Shown here piece by piece: positions 48,194 through 62,187 of a DNA stretch of 64,000 nt (its first letter is position 1; the number at the start of each line of letters is the position of its first letter). A program made the position numbers and the translations under genes. Source of the stretch: Trichodelitschia bisporula (lineage: Eukaryota); the NCBI GenBank assembly GCA_010356995.1, contig ML996696.1, forward strand, positions 64,364 through 128,363. Reading direction: 5' to 3'. A model generated the notes under the pieces. It did not search any database. It was given only the letters and a program-made list of their open reading frames with translations, and was not told the origin of the DNA.

Positions 48194-51100
48194 GATGATG
48201 TTGGAAAAGTTATGACGATGCTGAAAAGTCGCCTTTCACCAAGAGGAGGTGAACCAAGCGTTCCGGATTCGGCGTGCTGGTGCCAATAATATCCGGGATG
48301 GCGCAAACGACAGTGGAGAACAAAGAGCGATTAAAGACTGTACTAAGTAGGGAAGAAATCGCGTCCTTGGGAAGGAATTGTTTGGTGTTGCAGTGTCGTA
48401 GTTGCGACAGGAGGAATGAAAGCGCCAAGTGCGAGTTTCCAAGAAAAGGGGAACGGACGGCAAGGGAGGCGCTGGGGGTGGTGTCCGGGGGGTGTTAGAC
48501 CTTGCCTTTTTTGGCCCTTCACTAGGGATTTCGATTCACTGAATGGCTGGCAATTGGCTGACGGACTGCTGTACGAGCTTCAGGCAAGCGAGGGGGAAGA
48601 GTGGGGGCGACGCGCAAGCGTCCTCCGTGTCCGGTCTTTGAGGCTTTTTGGTTTGCCGGATTCCGGATGCGAAACCTGGAGTGTACAAAGTGACAACCGT
48701 GGAGAAGTGTTTGAAGGACAACAAGTGGAGAGCTTTCTGCGTTTTGGAAATCAAGTGGGAATGCTGAGACTCAAATTACTGGAGTGAAGCCTCACCGGAA
48801 GTCATCAGGATGAAACGGATAGCAGACGAATGCGGATAAATACTCTCTTCCCATCATGCGCGTCCTGATACTCGGACTGATATCCCTCCTCAATGCCCTT
48901 CCCGGTCTCATCCCGGTTTCTCGAAGCGCAGATGTCCGGACTAGCATCCGGTTTCCAGTCTCTCGCATCTGACATGCATAAGCTTCTCACCTACAAAGTA
49001 CACAGCCTACCAACTTTGTGTCGCGCGAGACATCAGATCGAACGCGAGCCTCTGACGCGCCATCTCCTGCAGAATACGATTGCTGCTAGCGAACAGGAGC
49101 TGCATCCATGAATAGCAGAGATGAAGGTTGAATGCGAAGGATCCAAACATATTAAGTCCTTTGATAGCAACTGCGCCATCTAGGGCCGTCCAACGAAGCT
49201 CAAAGGATCGACGCGCACTAATCCGGCATCCGCGGCTTCATCAAACCAAGCACCGGCGCCATCAAAGCCATCCGCCTTCCTATCGATAGCTGCTGTTAGA
49301 CACACTAACAAGTGTTCCAGACCGTCAGTCAATCCTTCGACGCTATTGTCGTCAAGATGGAACATGAGGAGCTTCCCTCAGGCCTATATCGTGCGTTCGG
49401 CATGGGACATCAGTAGGCGCGCGCCTCTCGTTGTTAGTTAGGGCAGGTCCAGTTATGAACAGATGAATAGGCAACAGTACTCTACACAACCGTGTGCGAT
49501 ATAACGAGCCCAACCCCGGTGAGGTTGGATCGCGGACAGGGTCTCAGTCTGAACCACCTCGCGGATACGGATGGCAGATCGCGACTGCGTGTAGTTGGAA
49601 TGGTTGGAACGGTTGGAATGAAGCTTCCTGAACAAAGCATCGGCGGTAAGAGCGATGCTTGGATATCAGTTCCCCAACGGAGGACCAACGGGACGATGTT
49701 TCCTTTTCCATTGATGGGTGATGCGTTGACGTCATCATCTGGCCCGAGCACAAACGACGAGCGTTTACCGAACGTCCAACGACCTTTAGCAAACAAGCCC
49801 TTCAACTCATTCATCATGTTTGAATTGCCCCATCTTTGTCGTCCGACCCATGGCCGGTTCCTCTGCATCCCTATTGTGCTAGCGACCAACTCCACTGGTG
49901 ATATAGGATGAGACGCGTAGTCTAACTGTCTGCATCTTCAATATCAACTTGCCGGTCTCGTTCCATAAGGATCGGGATGGCGGACTCAAGAAGTCCATCT
50001 AGCCATACGCTGCATAGTTCAAATATTTCTACTCGTCATCAACTGCTGTGAGGATTGTTCTTTCATGACAGCAAAGATCGTTTGAGCTCAGAGGTTGTCA
50101 TGCCCCATGCTGGCGAGAAGGATGAAATCACCGAGTAAGCTAGGTTGCATCCATTGCTTTATATACTCGAAGGAGCTGACACGCAGGCACCAGGCTGCCA
50201 CGGCGCGCTCTCGTACAAGTTGGCACCGACGCTGTCCGACGGCACTTCGAAGCGATGACTCGACTGTACGGTACTACCACAACATATGTGTCACCTGTTA
50301 CGACAGCACGATGATCACGGGGTAGACGGAACACTACTACGAGACACTCAATTAGAGCAACCACGAGCTGAACGTCGCGGCGGGACGTTCGGCGCGTGCG
50401 TCGTACGACATCGGCGTTCCCAGTGGAATCGTCTAACCGCTCTTAAGTAGTGTAGTGAAGGCAATCTTCCAGAAGCAGATATAACGACTTCGCTCCCAAA
50501 GACCAACTCCGCTTCTCAATTAAGGCAAGCACGCCTCTATTCGCGGTGTGCCGAGAGAAGGAAAGGGAGGATGAGCGCAGCGAGCCCCAGACAGACCCCT
50601 TTCAGACCACCTTCGACACGACCGTGAAGCCCGCCATCCCATCCACCACCGGTCCCCGCGAAACCTCGCCGCTGCTTCAGAACTATGGTTCCCGACACTG
50701 CCACGGCCGCGATAACGCCTACTGTGTCACTTACCTTTCTGCAAGGGCTTTTGGTACCACAAGAAGCGCATGCAAGCTCTCACGCCGGCGCTAGGTATCG
50801 GATGGGACTCGTGCACGAGCTATTGAAGGCCGAGGTGGGACGACTGTTGACGAGGACTTGTGAGCTAACTTGCACTTCGTGTCTCCTGTGATTTTCGGCA
50901 CTGGGACCATGAACTCCAACGGCCTGAGCGGGCGATGAGCCTAGAAAATACGTCGGAGGCAGCCGAGGAGCTGTTGGAGCAGTGGATCGCGAGGCGAATT
51001 TCGGTTGATAGTTCGCCACCTCAGCCTCCTCGAGCACTGGAACGTCAGTCATGGCATCAATGTTCCTCGTTGTGAATTGGCTCCTGAGGAGTACCGAGTA

Positions 51101-54100
51101 GCGATGTCAAGCTGCTAGGCCACATGCACGGCAAGGCCGGCAGTCTAAATGAACAACTATCTCCTGATAACCTTTCCAATCCCATACCGCATGTCATTGA
51201 GAGGAACCGAAGTCATTGTCATTGTCCGCTCTGTAACTAAATCTGAATTTTGTTTTTGATATCGACCTTGACTCCCAAAGGCCCAAAATCAATTTAAAAC
51301 CATATCTGAGCCCAACCATCCCATCCATGAATTTATCCACCTTAAATCACTCCGTTATAACCCTTCTTCCATGTCACATCTGTATATACACCCAGGCCAC
51401 GCCTCTATCCTCGCCTCAATCGACGTCATTCCATCAAGCCGCAACCTGGCACAATCCCCTCGTTCCTCGGCAGTCTACAACTACGACGGCAGACCGATCC
51501 TCGGGCCTTACTCGCTGGTGAGCGTCGTCCATGTGTTCTATATTGTAGCTTGTATACGGCGGCCTAAGAGCCCGACTGCCTATTCAGTGTTTATTACGGT
51601 AGGGCGGACGCTCAGCAGCCTAATCCTTCCCCAGCCAGGTCCCAGCTCCATCGTCGGAAGATAAGCCACTACCCCGACGCTCATCACGCAGACCCATAAA
51701 CGGCGTAAGTCATTGTGGCCCAGCCCGCATGGTTCCTGCACAGAATGATATGGCTAAGCCAAACCAAACGGAACAAATGCGGATTGACCTCCATGATCCT
51801 CCGTGAATCCGTCTGCACTTATCCCGGCCGAACACGGTCGTGCATGCCCGCGACTCGGCTTGCAGAAAGTCAAATTTAACAGCTGAAGATATCACAGAGG
51901 CATTGCGCAAAAAGGACCGCGGGATGAAGTCTACGGGAAGATTAGAACTGGAGATTATGCACCGCAGTCTCAGAGATTATGCAATGCAGCCTTAAACTAT
52001 CTGTACGGAACCTACGCATCCCCATCACTCTTCGACTCACCCACGTACCGGATACGGATGTACGTATCGCCAAACTCACCAGTCTGAATCTCCAAACCCT
52101 CGCACCAAATCCCATCACCCCCGCCATCCCAAAACCACCAATCCCCACCCCAATTCCCCATCCCCATGCACCCGCAAAATGACAGGACCCCCGCGCCTCC
52201 CGCCTTGGGACGCAGTCATCCGGAGCCTCAAGATTCGCCTCAAATTTCTCATCATGCGGATGTAAACGTTGAAGCCGGGCCGGGAAGGCCAAATAACCCG
52301 CTCCCGAGACGGAGGAAAACGCGCCCCTTCCACGCTCTGTGACCCCGCTGCGTAACGCAGCCTCCGCGCTCGTCCCACCGACGACGCACGATAGCGAAGC
52401 GCAGTCGGGCTTGCGTACCCAAGTCCCCAGTTTGAGGAAGCTGCCTTGCTTCAGCTGAACATACGCAGCGCGAGCGATGCAGCAGTATGTACGGCGAGGA
52501 GAGGTGACGCGGCTTGCGCACCCAACGGCGATACAGTCCAGTCCCGAAGAACGGGGGGGAGATAGGAAAGCGGAGACCCGACCGGCGCGCTTACGGCGCA
52601 ACACGGCTGCGGTGCAAAAGTCCGATGCAAACGCTTCCACTCCCGCATACACTCCTGCACAATTTCTGCACTGCAAAAAACTCAGACCCAAAAGTCCGAT
52701 TCCTTTCCCCACTGCCCTCGAATCGTGGACCCGAACCACAATTGGGTGGCGATTTTGTTCGCTTTCCGTTGAAGTTGAGATCGGCCCTTCGCGCTTCGCT
52801 GCTCGTTCTATTTCAGGCCCGTTGGATGCAGAAGCGGCTCGTGGAAGGGGGTGCGGCGCCACCTACGGTAAGTAGGGGGGATTAGCACTGGGTTCTGCGG
52901 GTGGCGGTTATGGCCGGGGGAAGGAGGGGTGTGGCGGTGCAGATGGAAGCATGATCACGACCACCAGTATGTCCATACGTCCTTTGCCATGCAAGACGTC
53001 GTGGATAATGTCATGGCTGTGCTTGCTCATGGGAAGCGTGAGGTGCAACGGCATCTCTCAGTTCTGGACGGCGTTCCAGATCACAGGTGTCTGCTGGGAA
53101 AAAGGTGACCTCAACGTCAGCGCCGTTGAGGCCCCTAAATTATGAGCTAGCCACGCGCGAAGTTGGAACGCAAGAACTGCTTCCACATGGCATTCTGTCA
53201 AGACTACGAGCCAAGTGCACGATGAGGCCATGGAGGGTTGACAGTTGAACCCCGGAGCTTGAATTGGTGTAGAGTTAGCTTTGCGGAACACAATGCGCTA
53301 CTGACCAGGAGGCCGATGCAACGTTGCTGAAGATTTCGACTAGGCGCTTTGCGCGCGATGTCTCGTTCGAAGATGAAGATATGAGGCATCGCACACCGAG
53401 TCCTAAGTGATGGGTAAGCCGACAGATGAACTAGTTCATGAGATCCGTTGTCGCCGTCATAGTCTTGGGGTCATTGCTCGAATGCCGGGGGACACCATTG
53501 CCACTTGATTTGTTGAACTGATACCATTCTACACCCTCAGTCGAGGAGCCCCATAGTCTGGACGGTGGAAAGCCAGTTGGCATAGCCAAAGTTGTCTTTG
53601 TTCGGAACGTGGTGGGTGATGGCGTTTTTGAAGCGATGAAAGACGTTGGTGACGTACACGGAAGACGGATGGTACGGTAGAACAGAGCGAATGTGATGCT
53701 GCAAATTGGAACAGGCCCAAATAATTGCGATAGATGAAGTTGATGTGTCGAATTGATGCGAGACTACTGTACGGCCTGACGATGTAGAAATGTTCGTGCG
53801 TTGTGCGTCTGATATTTGGGCGATGTCAAGCATCCTCGTCCCTTCCTTGGTTTCTCGTCCGCTCTTTCCTCGAGCGCCTCTGATGATGGCGTAGTATTGC
53901 TGTCTCAGTGCACACCGTAAGGAAGACGACAGGACAGAATTCATCAACTCGTGTTACCATTCTACATGGCAGGCCGACATCGTCCAAGATGTTGTACCTG
54001 AAAGCTATCAACGAAGTACTTCTGAAGCGGAACATGAATAGACCGCAATTTGATGATTCGCATCCTACGTTAGTACCAAGCGCAAGTCCTCCGTACTAGT

Positions 54101-56130
54101 GGCTGACCCGGCAAGGCCTCCCATTTCCTATCTCTCCTTTATCGTGCTTGGCTGACGATGCTTGATTGATGGAAGATTCGGCCCTATTCGAGTACTCCGA
54201 TCGTGGCTCCGACATTCAGTCGTGCAGAACCCGAACACCGCATCCTATGCCCCTTTCCCTTCCCCTTCCCCTTCACCCTACCTCCGTAAAATGTGGATTG
54301 ATATCGCATTCGAACGAACCTTTCCCAAGGCCTTCCATCGCCAAACACCGGATCGCAGCGGCGTCTTGCACGACCAAGTGGGGCAGAGGGCGCAACCAAG
54401 CGGGTCACGCCAGGAACGCCCACACGGATAGTGGCGGTGCAGGGACCGGTGCCAAACCTCTGTAGGGAGACTCGGCCGTGTCACTTGTCAGGGAGTGGTA
54501 CCGACCGGTGGCTGCTCGGCGCGGGCGAGGGATCTACCGAGCGAGCCGCCGCCACCCGATCGGCGCAGGGCGACCAAAAGTGAACAGAAGCTGAAGGAAC
54601 CCGGTGTGCGTGGAGCTGGTGGAGCCGATAGGGACAATTGGACGGTAAGCGAGGCTAGTGGACAGGTGTTGAGGATGCAATGGTGACGAGTGGGTGAGGT
54701 GGCGAGAGAAAGGACTTGTTTTGGGGTACCGAAAACGGATTTGGGACAACTGGACGGAATGGGCGAAGGGTCGCGACGAGGGGGGAGGGACGCTGGCCAA
54801 ACAACGGAATGGAAGCTCCTGAGCCAATGCATGGCCTTAAGCATGGTCGGCGGCACCGCCACGGTCCATGCAGCACACCTGCAGGAAGAGATGCGCAGGC
54901 GCAGTGCGCGCTGCAGACTGCAGCAGTGCGGCTAAGTTAGCGCAGAAGAGTTGCATGGACCTTGGAATGGGAGGCGATGACGAAGGGCCAGCGAGACCCT
55001 TGAACTTTGCCATTATTTTAGCTGGCAAGGAGCGAGGAGCGACATGCGACAAGCGACTACGAGAAACAGGGAAGGGGACCGTGCGAACCAGTCCGATATC
55101 AGCAGTTGGCAGCGGGAGGCTGAAAAGGCATTCAGCAATCAGAAGAGGGCGCCTCATGCATTGAATGCCCCCAAAAATCAAGGAGCGGGTTTTAGTAGAT
55201 AGGCTTAATTACGCTACTGGTTATGGGTCAGGGCACTGGGAGGTTTGCAGGATAGGCTTGCAGCGGGGCCGGTGTTAAATCGTTGCATGGGCGATTGGGG
55301 CTTTCCAGGGGGAATTGGGGCAAAGATAGAGAAGAGAGTAAGCAACTTGAGAAGAATCGAGTGAAAGTGCAATTTGGCGGATTCTAGGGGAGGACGGAGG
55401 GGGTGATGGGGTTCAGGGGGGTTTGGTTGGTCCGGCCGTTTGCCCGTAATTTAAGTAGACAGGGTCATTGACGCCGTGTGAAGAAGGGGAATCGGCCACG
55501 AGCGACCACTAGCATGCATTAGATACGGCGCTAGGCCGAACTCATGTGCGTCGCCCCCTTTCCCCGGGCGCAAGGCGAAAAGAACAGTTGCCAAGGGACT
55601 GTCCTGTCCCCCGTACTTGCTAACCCTCTTGACCCACCTCCCTCTCCACCACCAACAACCCTCCCCTCGCCTCCTCTCCCTTTGTTCCCTCTTCTTCCCT
55701 CAACAACCTCCTTCCTGACATTCGTTGTGCTTCGTCCCTTCGTTTTTGCGTAGGACAACATTGTCAATTCGTCTCTCTGCGAAAGACGTTTGTCATAATC
55801 CTCAACTTCGACATCACCAACCCCCCCGACAACACCCCCCAGTGAATCTCCGACGCTAAGCCAGGAGTTAACCGTCGCTGCTGGGCAACGCTCGCTGGGA
55901 ATCTGCAGGAGAGGCTCACGCAAACAACCCAACCCTTCCGCCAGCCACCTTCTCTCACCCACGTACTTTCGTTCATCTCAAACACTCTCTCCCACGCTCT
56001 TTTGCAACAACCGTACAGCTCGCAACACAACAATCTGTTCTGACTTTTCATCCTTCGAACACTCATCGAAGCTCACGCGCAAAAATAATACCCTAATTTA
56101 CTCGCCTTGTGGGCCCGTACCCAAAACGTA

Positions 56131-56278
56131 ATGCCCAAGAACTGAGGTGAGTGGCCAGCGACTTCCGCACGCGCTTCCCCTCGCGTTTCATGTCCCCACA
56201 TCCCACCCAAACAATCTCGCTCCTCGACCTAATTCTTCTATCAACGCACCCGTCCTGACGTTCTCTCCGCATGTCTAG
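56131..56278 (+). promoter_or_regulatory. FKS1 leader: 4-codon uORF (MPKN*) followed by a 5'-UTR intron 56147-56278
   Basis: ATG CCC AAG AAC TGA at 56131-56145, donor GTGAGT at 56147, branch-like CCTGAC near 56254, acceptor TAG 56276-56278, 25 nt before the FKS1 ATG. Confidence 0.6.
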
Positions 56279-56303
56279 TTCTCCATAATCACATTTCCCC
56301 ATC

Positions 56304-59300
56304 ATGTCGGCTCATCCGCAAGCCGGTCATCACGATGACGGCTACGACCACCATGCAGCGCCCGGCAACGGCCAGGCCGCATACTACCAGGACGATTACT
56401 ACGACCAGAACCAAGAGTACCCGGCGCAGCAGCAGCCCGGTGGCGAGCACTACTACGACGAACAGCAAGCGGGCTTCTACACCGACCAGCAGCCTGGCTA
56501 CAACGCTCAGGACGGCTACTACGATCAGCAGCAAGGCTACCAAGGCGATGAGTACTACGACAACGCCTACTACGATCAGGCCGGCGCTCCCGGCCAGCAG
56601 CAGTACACAAATGGGTGCGTTTCATCGTGTCTCCTAAAGTGTCAACGGCTAACCGTCGCAGTGGCCAACCGAGGCGTCGCGGGCAGGACTCCGAAGAGGA
56701 CTCAGAGACGTTCAGTGACTTCACAATGAGGTCAGACGTGCATCGTACCGCGGATATGGACTACTACGGCCGCGGCGACGAGCAGTACAACAGCTATGGC
56801 GAGGCGCCGGGTGGTCGTGGCTACCGGCCCTCCTCGTCACAGGTATCGTACGGTGGCAACCGCTCTTCGGGTGCGTCGACGCCCATCTACGGCGGCGAAT
56901 TCGGTGCTGCGCTCCCCGCCGGTCAGCGATCGCGTGAGCCGTACCCAGCATGGACGCCCGAAGCGCAGATTCCGATCACCAAGGAGGAAATTGAGGACAT
57001 CTTCATGGACCTCAAGGCCAAGTTTGGCTTCCAGGGCGACAGCGTGCGTAACATGTACGACCATCTGATGACGCTGCTCGATTCGCGTGCGTCGCGCATG
57101 TCCCCGAACCAAGCTCTTCTTTCGCTTCATGCCGATTACATTGGTGGCGAGAATGCCAACTACCGTCGCTGGTATTTCGCTGCGCATCTCGACCTCGATG
57201 ATGCCGTCGGCTTCTCCAACATGACCCTCGGCAAGGGCAACCGTGCAACTCGCAAGGCCCGCAAGGCCGCCAAGGCGAAGGCAGACGCGAACCCTGAGAA
57301 CGAGGAGCAGACGCTTGAGGCACTTGAGGGCGACAACAGCCTGGAGGCGGCCGAGTACCGCTGGAGGACGCGCATGAACCGCATGTCGCAGCACGACCGC
57401 GTCCGTCAGATCGCACTGTACCTGCTGTGCTGGGGAGAGGCCAATCAGGTGCGCTTCATGCCGGAGTGCCTCTGCTTCATCTTCAAGTGTGCCGATGACT
57501 GGCTCAACTCGCCGGCCGCGGCCAACCGGCACCAGGATGCTGAGGAGTACACGTACCTCAACAATGTCATCACGCCGCTGTACCAGTACATCCGTGACCA
57601 GGGATACGAGATCCAGGATGGCAAGTACATGCGCCGCGAGCGCGACCACTCGAGCATCATCGGGTACGACGACATCAACCAGCTTTTCTGGTATCCCGAG
57701 GGCATTGAGCGTCTCGTGCTCGAGGACAAGACGCGCCTTGTGGACTTGAAGCCTGCCGAGCGCTTCGAGAAGCTCAAGGACGTCAACTGGAAGAAGTGCT
57801 TCTTCAAGACGTACAAGGAGTCGCGGTCGTGGTTCCACATGCTCGTCAATTTCAACCGTATCTGGGTCATCCACGTCACCGCTTTCTGGTTCTACACGGC
57901 CAACAATACCCCGACATTCTACACCAAGGGCTACGAGCAGGAGAAGAATCAGAATGCGCCTCGTGCGTCCCACTGGTCAGCTGTTGCTCTCGGCGGTTCT
58001 GTCGCCTGTCTCATCATGATCGCCGCTACGATTGCCGAATGGTTCTACGTCCCGCGCAAGTGGGCAGGTGCGCAGCATCTCACGAAGCGCCTGCTCTTCC
58101 TGATTGGCATGTTCGTCCTGAATATCGCGCCCAGCGTGTATATTTTCGGCTTCAATCACACGAACACGATTGCGTATGTGCTTGGTATCGTCCAGTTCTT
58201 CGTCGCCTTGGCCACGTTCCTCTTCTTCTCGATCATGCCCCTCGGCGGTCTGTTCGGCAGCTACATGATCAGCAAAAAGTCGCGTCGCTACGTTGCGAGC
58301 CAGACGTTCACTGCGAGCTGGCCGACGCTGAAGGGTAACGATATGTGGATGTCGTATGGTCTCTGGGTGCTTGTCTTCACCGCCAAGCTGGCCGAGTCCT
58401 ACTTCTTCTTGACGCTGTCGTTCCGTGACACCATGCGCATTCTGTCGATCATGGACATCCGTAACTGCCAGGTGGACGGGATTATCAAGTTCAAGCTGTG
58501 CGTCTACCAACCGAAGTTTCTGCTGGCTCTCATGTTCTTCATGGACTTGATCCTGTTCTTCCTCGACACGTATCTTTGGTTCATTCTCGTCAACACGCTC
58601 TTTTCGGTAGCCCGCTCGTTTTACCTCGGCGCCTCCATTTGGACGCCGTGGCGCAACATCTTCTCCCGGCTGCCGAAGCGTATCTACTCCAAGATCCTGG
58701 CTACCACTGACATGGAGATCAAGTACAAGCCGAAGGTGCTCATTTCCCAGATTTGGAACGCCATCGTTATCTCCATGTACCGCGAGCATCTGCTGGCTAT
58801 CGACCACGTGCAGAAGCTGCTCTACCACCAGGTGCCGTCGGAGCAGGAGGGCAAGCGCACTCTGCGTGCGCCGACCTTTTTCGTGTCGCAGGAGGACCAT
58901 TCTTTCAAGACCGAGTTCTTCCCAGCTCAGAGCGAAGCCGAGCGCCGCATTTCCTTTTTCGCACAGAGTTTGTCTACGCCAATTCCGGAGCCGGTTCCTG
59001 TCGACAACATGCCCACGTTCACGGTCATGATTCCGCACTACAGTGAGAAGATCCTCCTGTCGTTGCGCGAGATCATCCGCGAAGACGACACGTACTCCCG
59101 CGTCACGCTGCTCGAGTACCTCAAGCAACTGCACCCGCACGAGTGGGACTGCTTTGTCAAGGATACCAAGATTCTTGCCGACGAGACATCTCAGTTCAGC
59201 GGTGACATGGGGGAGAAGAGTGAAAAGGATGCGGCCCGCAGCAAGATTGACGACTTGCCGTTCTACTGCATCGGGTTCAAGTCTGCTGCTCCTGAGTACA

Positions 59301-62187
59301 CTCTCCGCACGCGTATCTGGGCTTCTCTGCGCTCGCAGACGCTGTACCGCACCATCTCCGGCTTCATGAACTACAGCCGCGCCATCAAGCTCCTGTACCG
59401 CGTCGAGAACCCCGAGGTCGTGCAGATGTTTGGCGGGAACTCGGACAAGCTGGAGCGCGAGCTCGAGCGCATGGCCCGTCGCAAGTACCGTATCATCGTC
59501 TCCATGCAGCGCTATGCCAAGTTTTTGAAAGAGGAACGCGAGAACACCGAATTCCTGCTCCGCGCGTACCCTGACCTGCAGATTGCGTACCTGGATGAGG
59601 AACCACCTCTCGTCGAGGGTGACGACCCGCGTATCTTTTCTGCGCTCATTGATGGCCACTCGGAAATTATGGAGAACGGCATGCGGCGTCCCAAGTTCCG
59701 CGTGCAGCTCTCTGGCAACCCCATTCTTGGTGACGGCAAGTCTGATAACCAGAACCACTGCATCATCTTCTACCGCGGCGAATACATCCAGCTTATCGAC
59801 GCCAATCAGGACAACTATCTTGAGGAGTGTCTCAAGATCCGCAGCGTGCTGGCCGAGTTTGAGGAGATGACCACGGATAACGTTTCGCCTTATACGCCCG
59901 GCATGGCTCCTACCGGAAAGTCCCCTGTTGCCATTCTTGGTGCCCGTGAATACGTCTTCTCGGAGAACGTTGGTATCCTCGGTGACGTCGCTGCTGGCAA
60001 GGAACAGACATTCGGTACTCTGTTTGCTCGTACCCTCGCGCAGATTGGTGGCAAGCTCCATTACGGCCATCCCGATTTCCTCAATGGCATCTTCATGACG
60101 ACTCGTGGTGGTGTGTCCAAGGCTCAGAAGGGCCTGCATCTTAACGAGGATATTTACGCCGGTATGACTGCTCTGCTCCGTGGCGGCCGCATCAAGCACT
60201 GCGAATACTACCAGTGCGGCAAGGGTCGTGATCTTGGCTTTGGTTCGATTCTCAACTTCACCACGAAGATCGGCACTGGTATGGGCGAGCAGATGCTGTC
60301 TCGCGAGTACTACTACCTTGGCACGCAACTTCCGCTTGATCGGTTCCTGTCCTTCTACTACGCGCATCCCGGCTTCCACATCAACAACTTGTTCATTATC
60401 CTCTCGGTCCAGATGTTCATGTTTGTCATGATTAACCTCGGCGCGCTGAAGCACGAGACCATCATCTGCCGGTACAACAAGAATGTCCCCATCACCGACC
60501 CGATGAAGCCCACGGGCTGCGCCAATCTGGCTCCGGTTATGGAATGGGTGCAGCACTGCGTTATCTCCATCGTCATCGTCTTCTTCATCTCCTTCGTGCC
60601 TCTCGTGGTGCAAGAGTTGACGGAGCGTGGCTTCTGGCGCGCGGCTACCCGTCTTGCCAAGCACTTCGCATCTCTGTCGCCCTTGTTCGAGGTGTTCGTT
60701 TGCCAGATCTATGCGAGCTCGCTGCATCAGGACTTGTCGTACGGCGGTGCTCGGTACATCGGTACCGGTCGTGGCTTTGCGACGGCTCGCGTTCCATTTC
60801 GCATCCTGTACTCTCGCTTTGCGGGCCCGTCCATTTACATGGGCTCACGCTTGCTGTTGATGCTTCTGTTCGCCACATGCACGGCTTGGGGTCCCTGGCT
60901 CGCCTACTTCTGGATCTCGCTGCTTGCGCTCTGCATCTCGCCGTTCCTGTTCAATCCGCATCAGTTCTCGTGGCACGACTTCTTCATCGACTACCGCGAG
61001 TACCTTCGCTGGCTGTCGCGCGGCAACACTCGCTCGCACGCTGAATCGTGGATCGGCTTCTGCCGTCTCTCGCGCACGCGTATTACGGGTTACAAGCGCA
61101 AGGTCCTCGGCGAGCCGTCCGACAAGATGTCCGGTGACGTCCCGCGTGCTCAAATTTCCAACATCTTCTTCAGCGAAGTGTTGGCTCCGATTGTCGTGGT
61201 TGTCATTACGCTATTCCCCTACCTGTTCATCAACTCCCAGGTTGGTGTGACTACCGAGAACAACCCCGACGTGGAGATCAAGCCGACCAACTCGCTGTTG
61301 CGTGTGGCCATTGTCGCGTTCGCTCCCATCGCCGTCAACGCTGGTGTCCTCACTGCCTTCTTTGGCATGGCTTGCTGTATGGGCCCGCTCCTCAGCATGT
61401 GCTGCCAGAAGTTTGGTGCGGTGCTGGCCGCCATTGCCCACGCGATTGCGGTTATCATGCTGTTCGCATTCTTCGAGGTCATGTTTTTCCTCGAAGGCTG
61501 GAACTTCTCACGCGCTATCCTGGGCATGATCGCCGTGATGTCGATTCAACGCTTCATTTACAAGCTCATCATCGCCCTTGCCCTGACTCGCGAGTTCAAG
61601 TCGGACACCGCCAATATTGCCTGGTGGACGGGCAAGTGGTACAGCATGGGTTGGCATACGATTTCGCAGCCTGGCCGTGAGTTCCTGTGCAAGATCACCG
61701 AGCTGGGCTACTTTGCAGCGGACTTTATCCTCGGACACATGCTGCTCTTCGTCATGTTCCCAGTACTCATCATTCCCATGATTGATAAGATCCACTCGGT
61801 CATGCTCTTCTGGCTGCGTCCCAGGTATGTATTTTTTCGAATGGTGTTTTAGCATATGCTAATAGCGTCTCCAGCCGTCAAATTCGCCCTCCCATCTACT
61901 CGCTCAAGCAGTCGAAGCTGCGCAAGCGCCGCGTCATTCGCTACGCTATCCTGTACTTTGTGCTGTTGGTCATCTTCATCGCGCTCATCGTCGGCCCGCT
62001 GGTGGCTAGCCGGTACATCAAGTTCAACTTCAAGGTCGCCGACCTGGTACAGCCGACTGGCCGGAACAACAACGATACCTTCTCCTCCGAGACAGGTACG
62101 GCCAACCAGAATGGCGGAGCCGCGGCTACAGATGGTGCGGCTGCGACGAGCGCTGCTGCCCGGCGTCTGTTGGTCAAGTACATGTGA
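56304..62187 (+). CDS. FKS1: 1,3-beta-glucan synthase catalytic subunit (GT48); introns 56615-56661 and 61825-61874
   Basis: [76 protein letters not shown]; many TM helices. Confidence 0.99.

Noticed and set aside
51942..52862. 306-aa minus-strand ORF in the GH72-FKS1 spacer
   Set aside because: No domain motifs, atypical composition and no splice support.
57977..60727. 916-aa minus-strand ORF
   Set aside because: Antisense shadow of FKS1 produced by codon bias; no recognisable domain.
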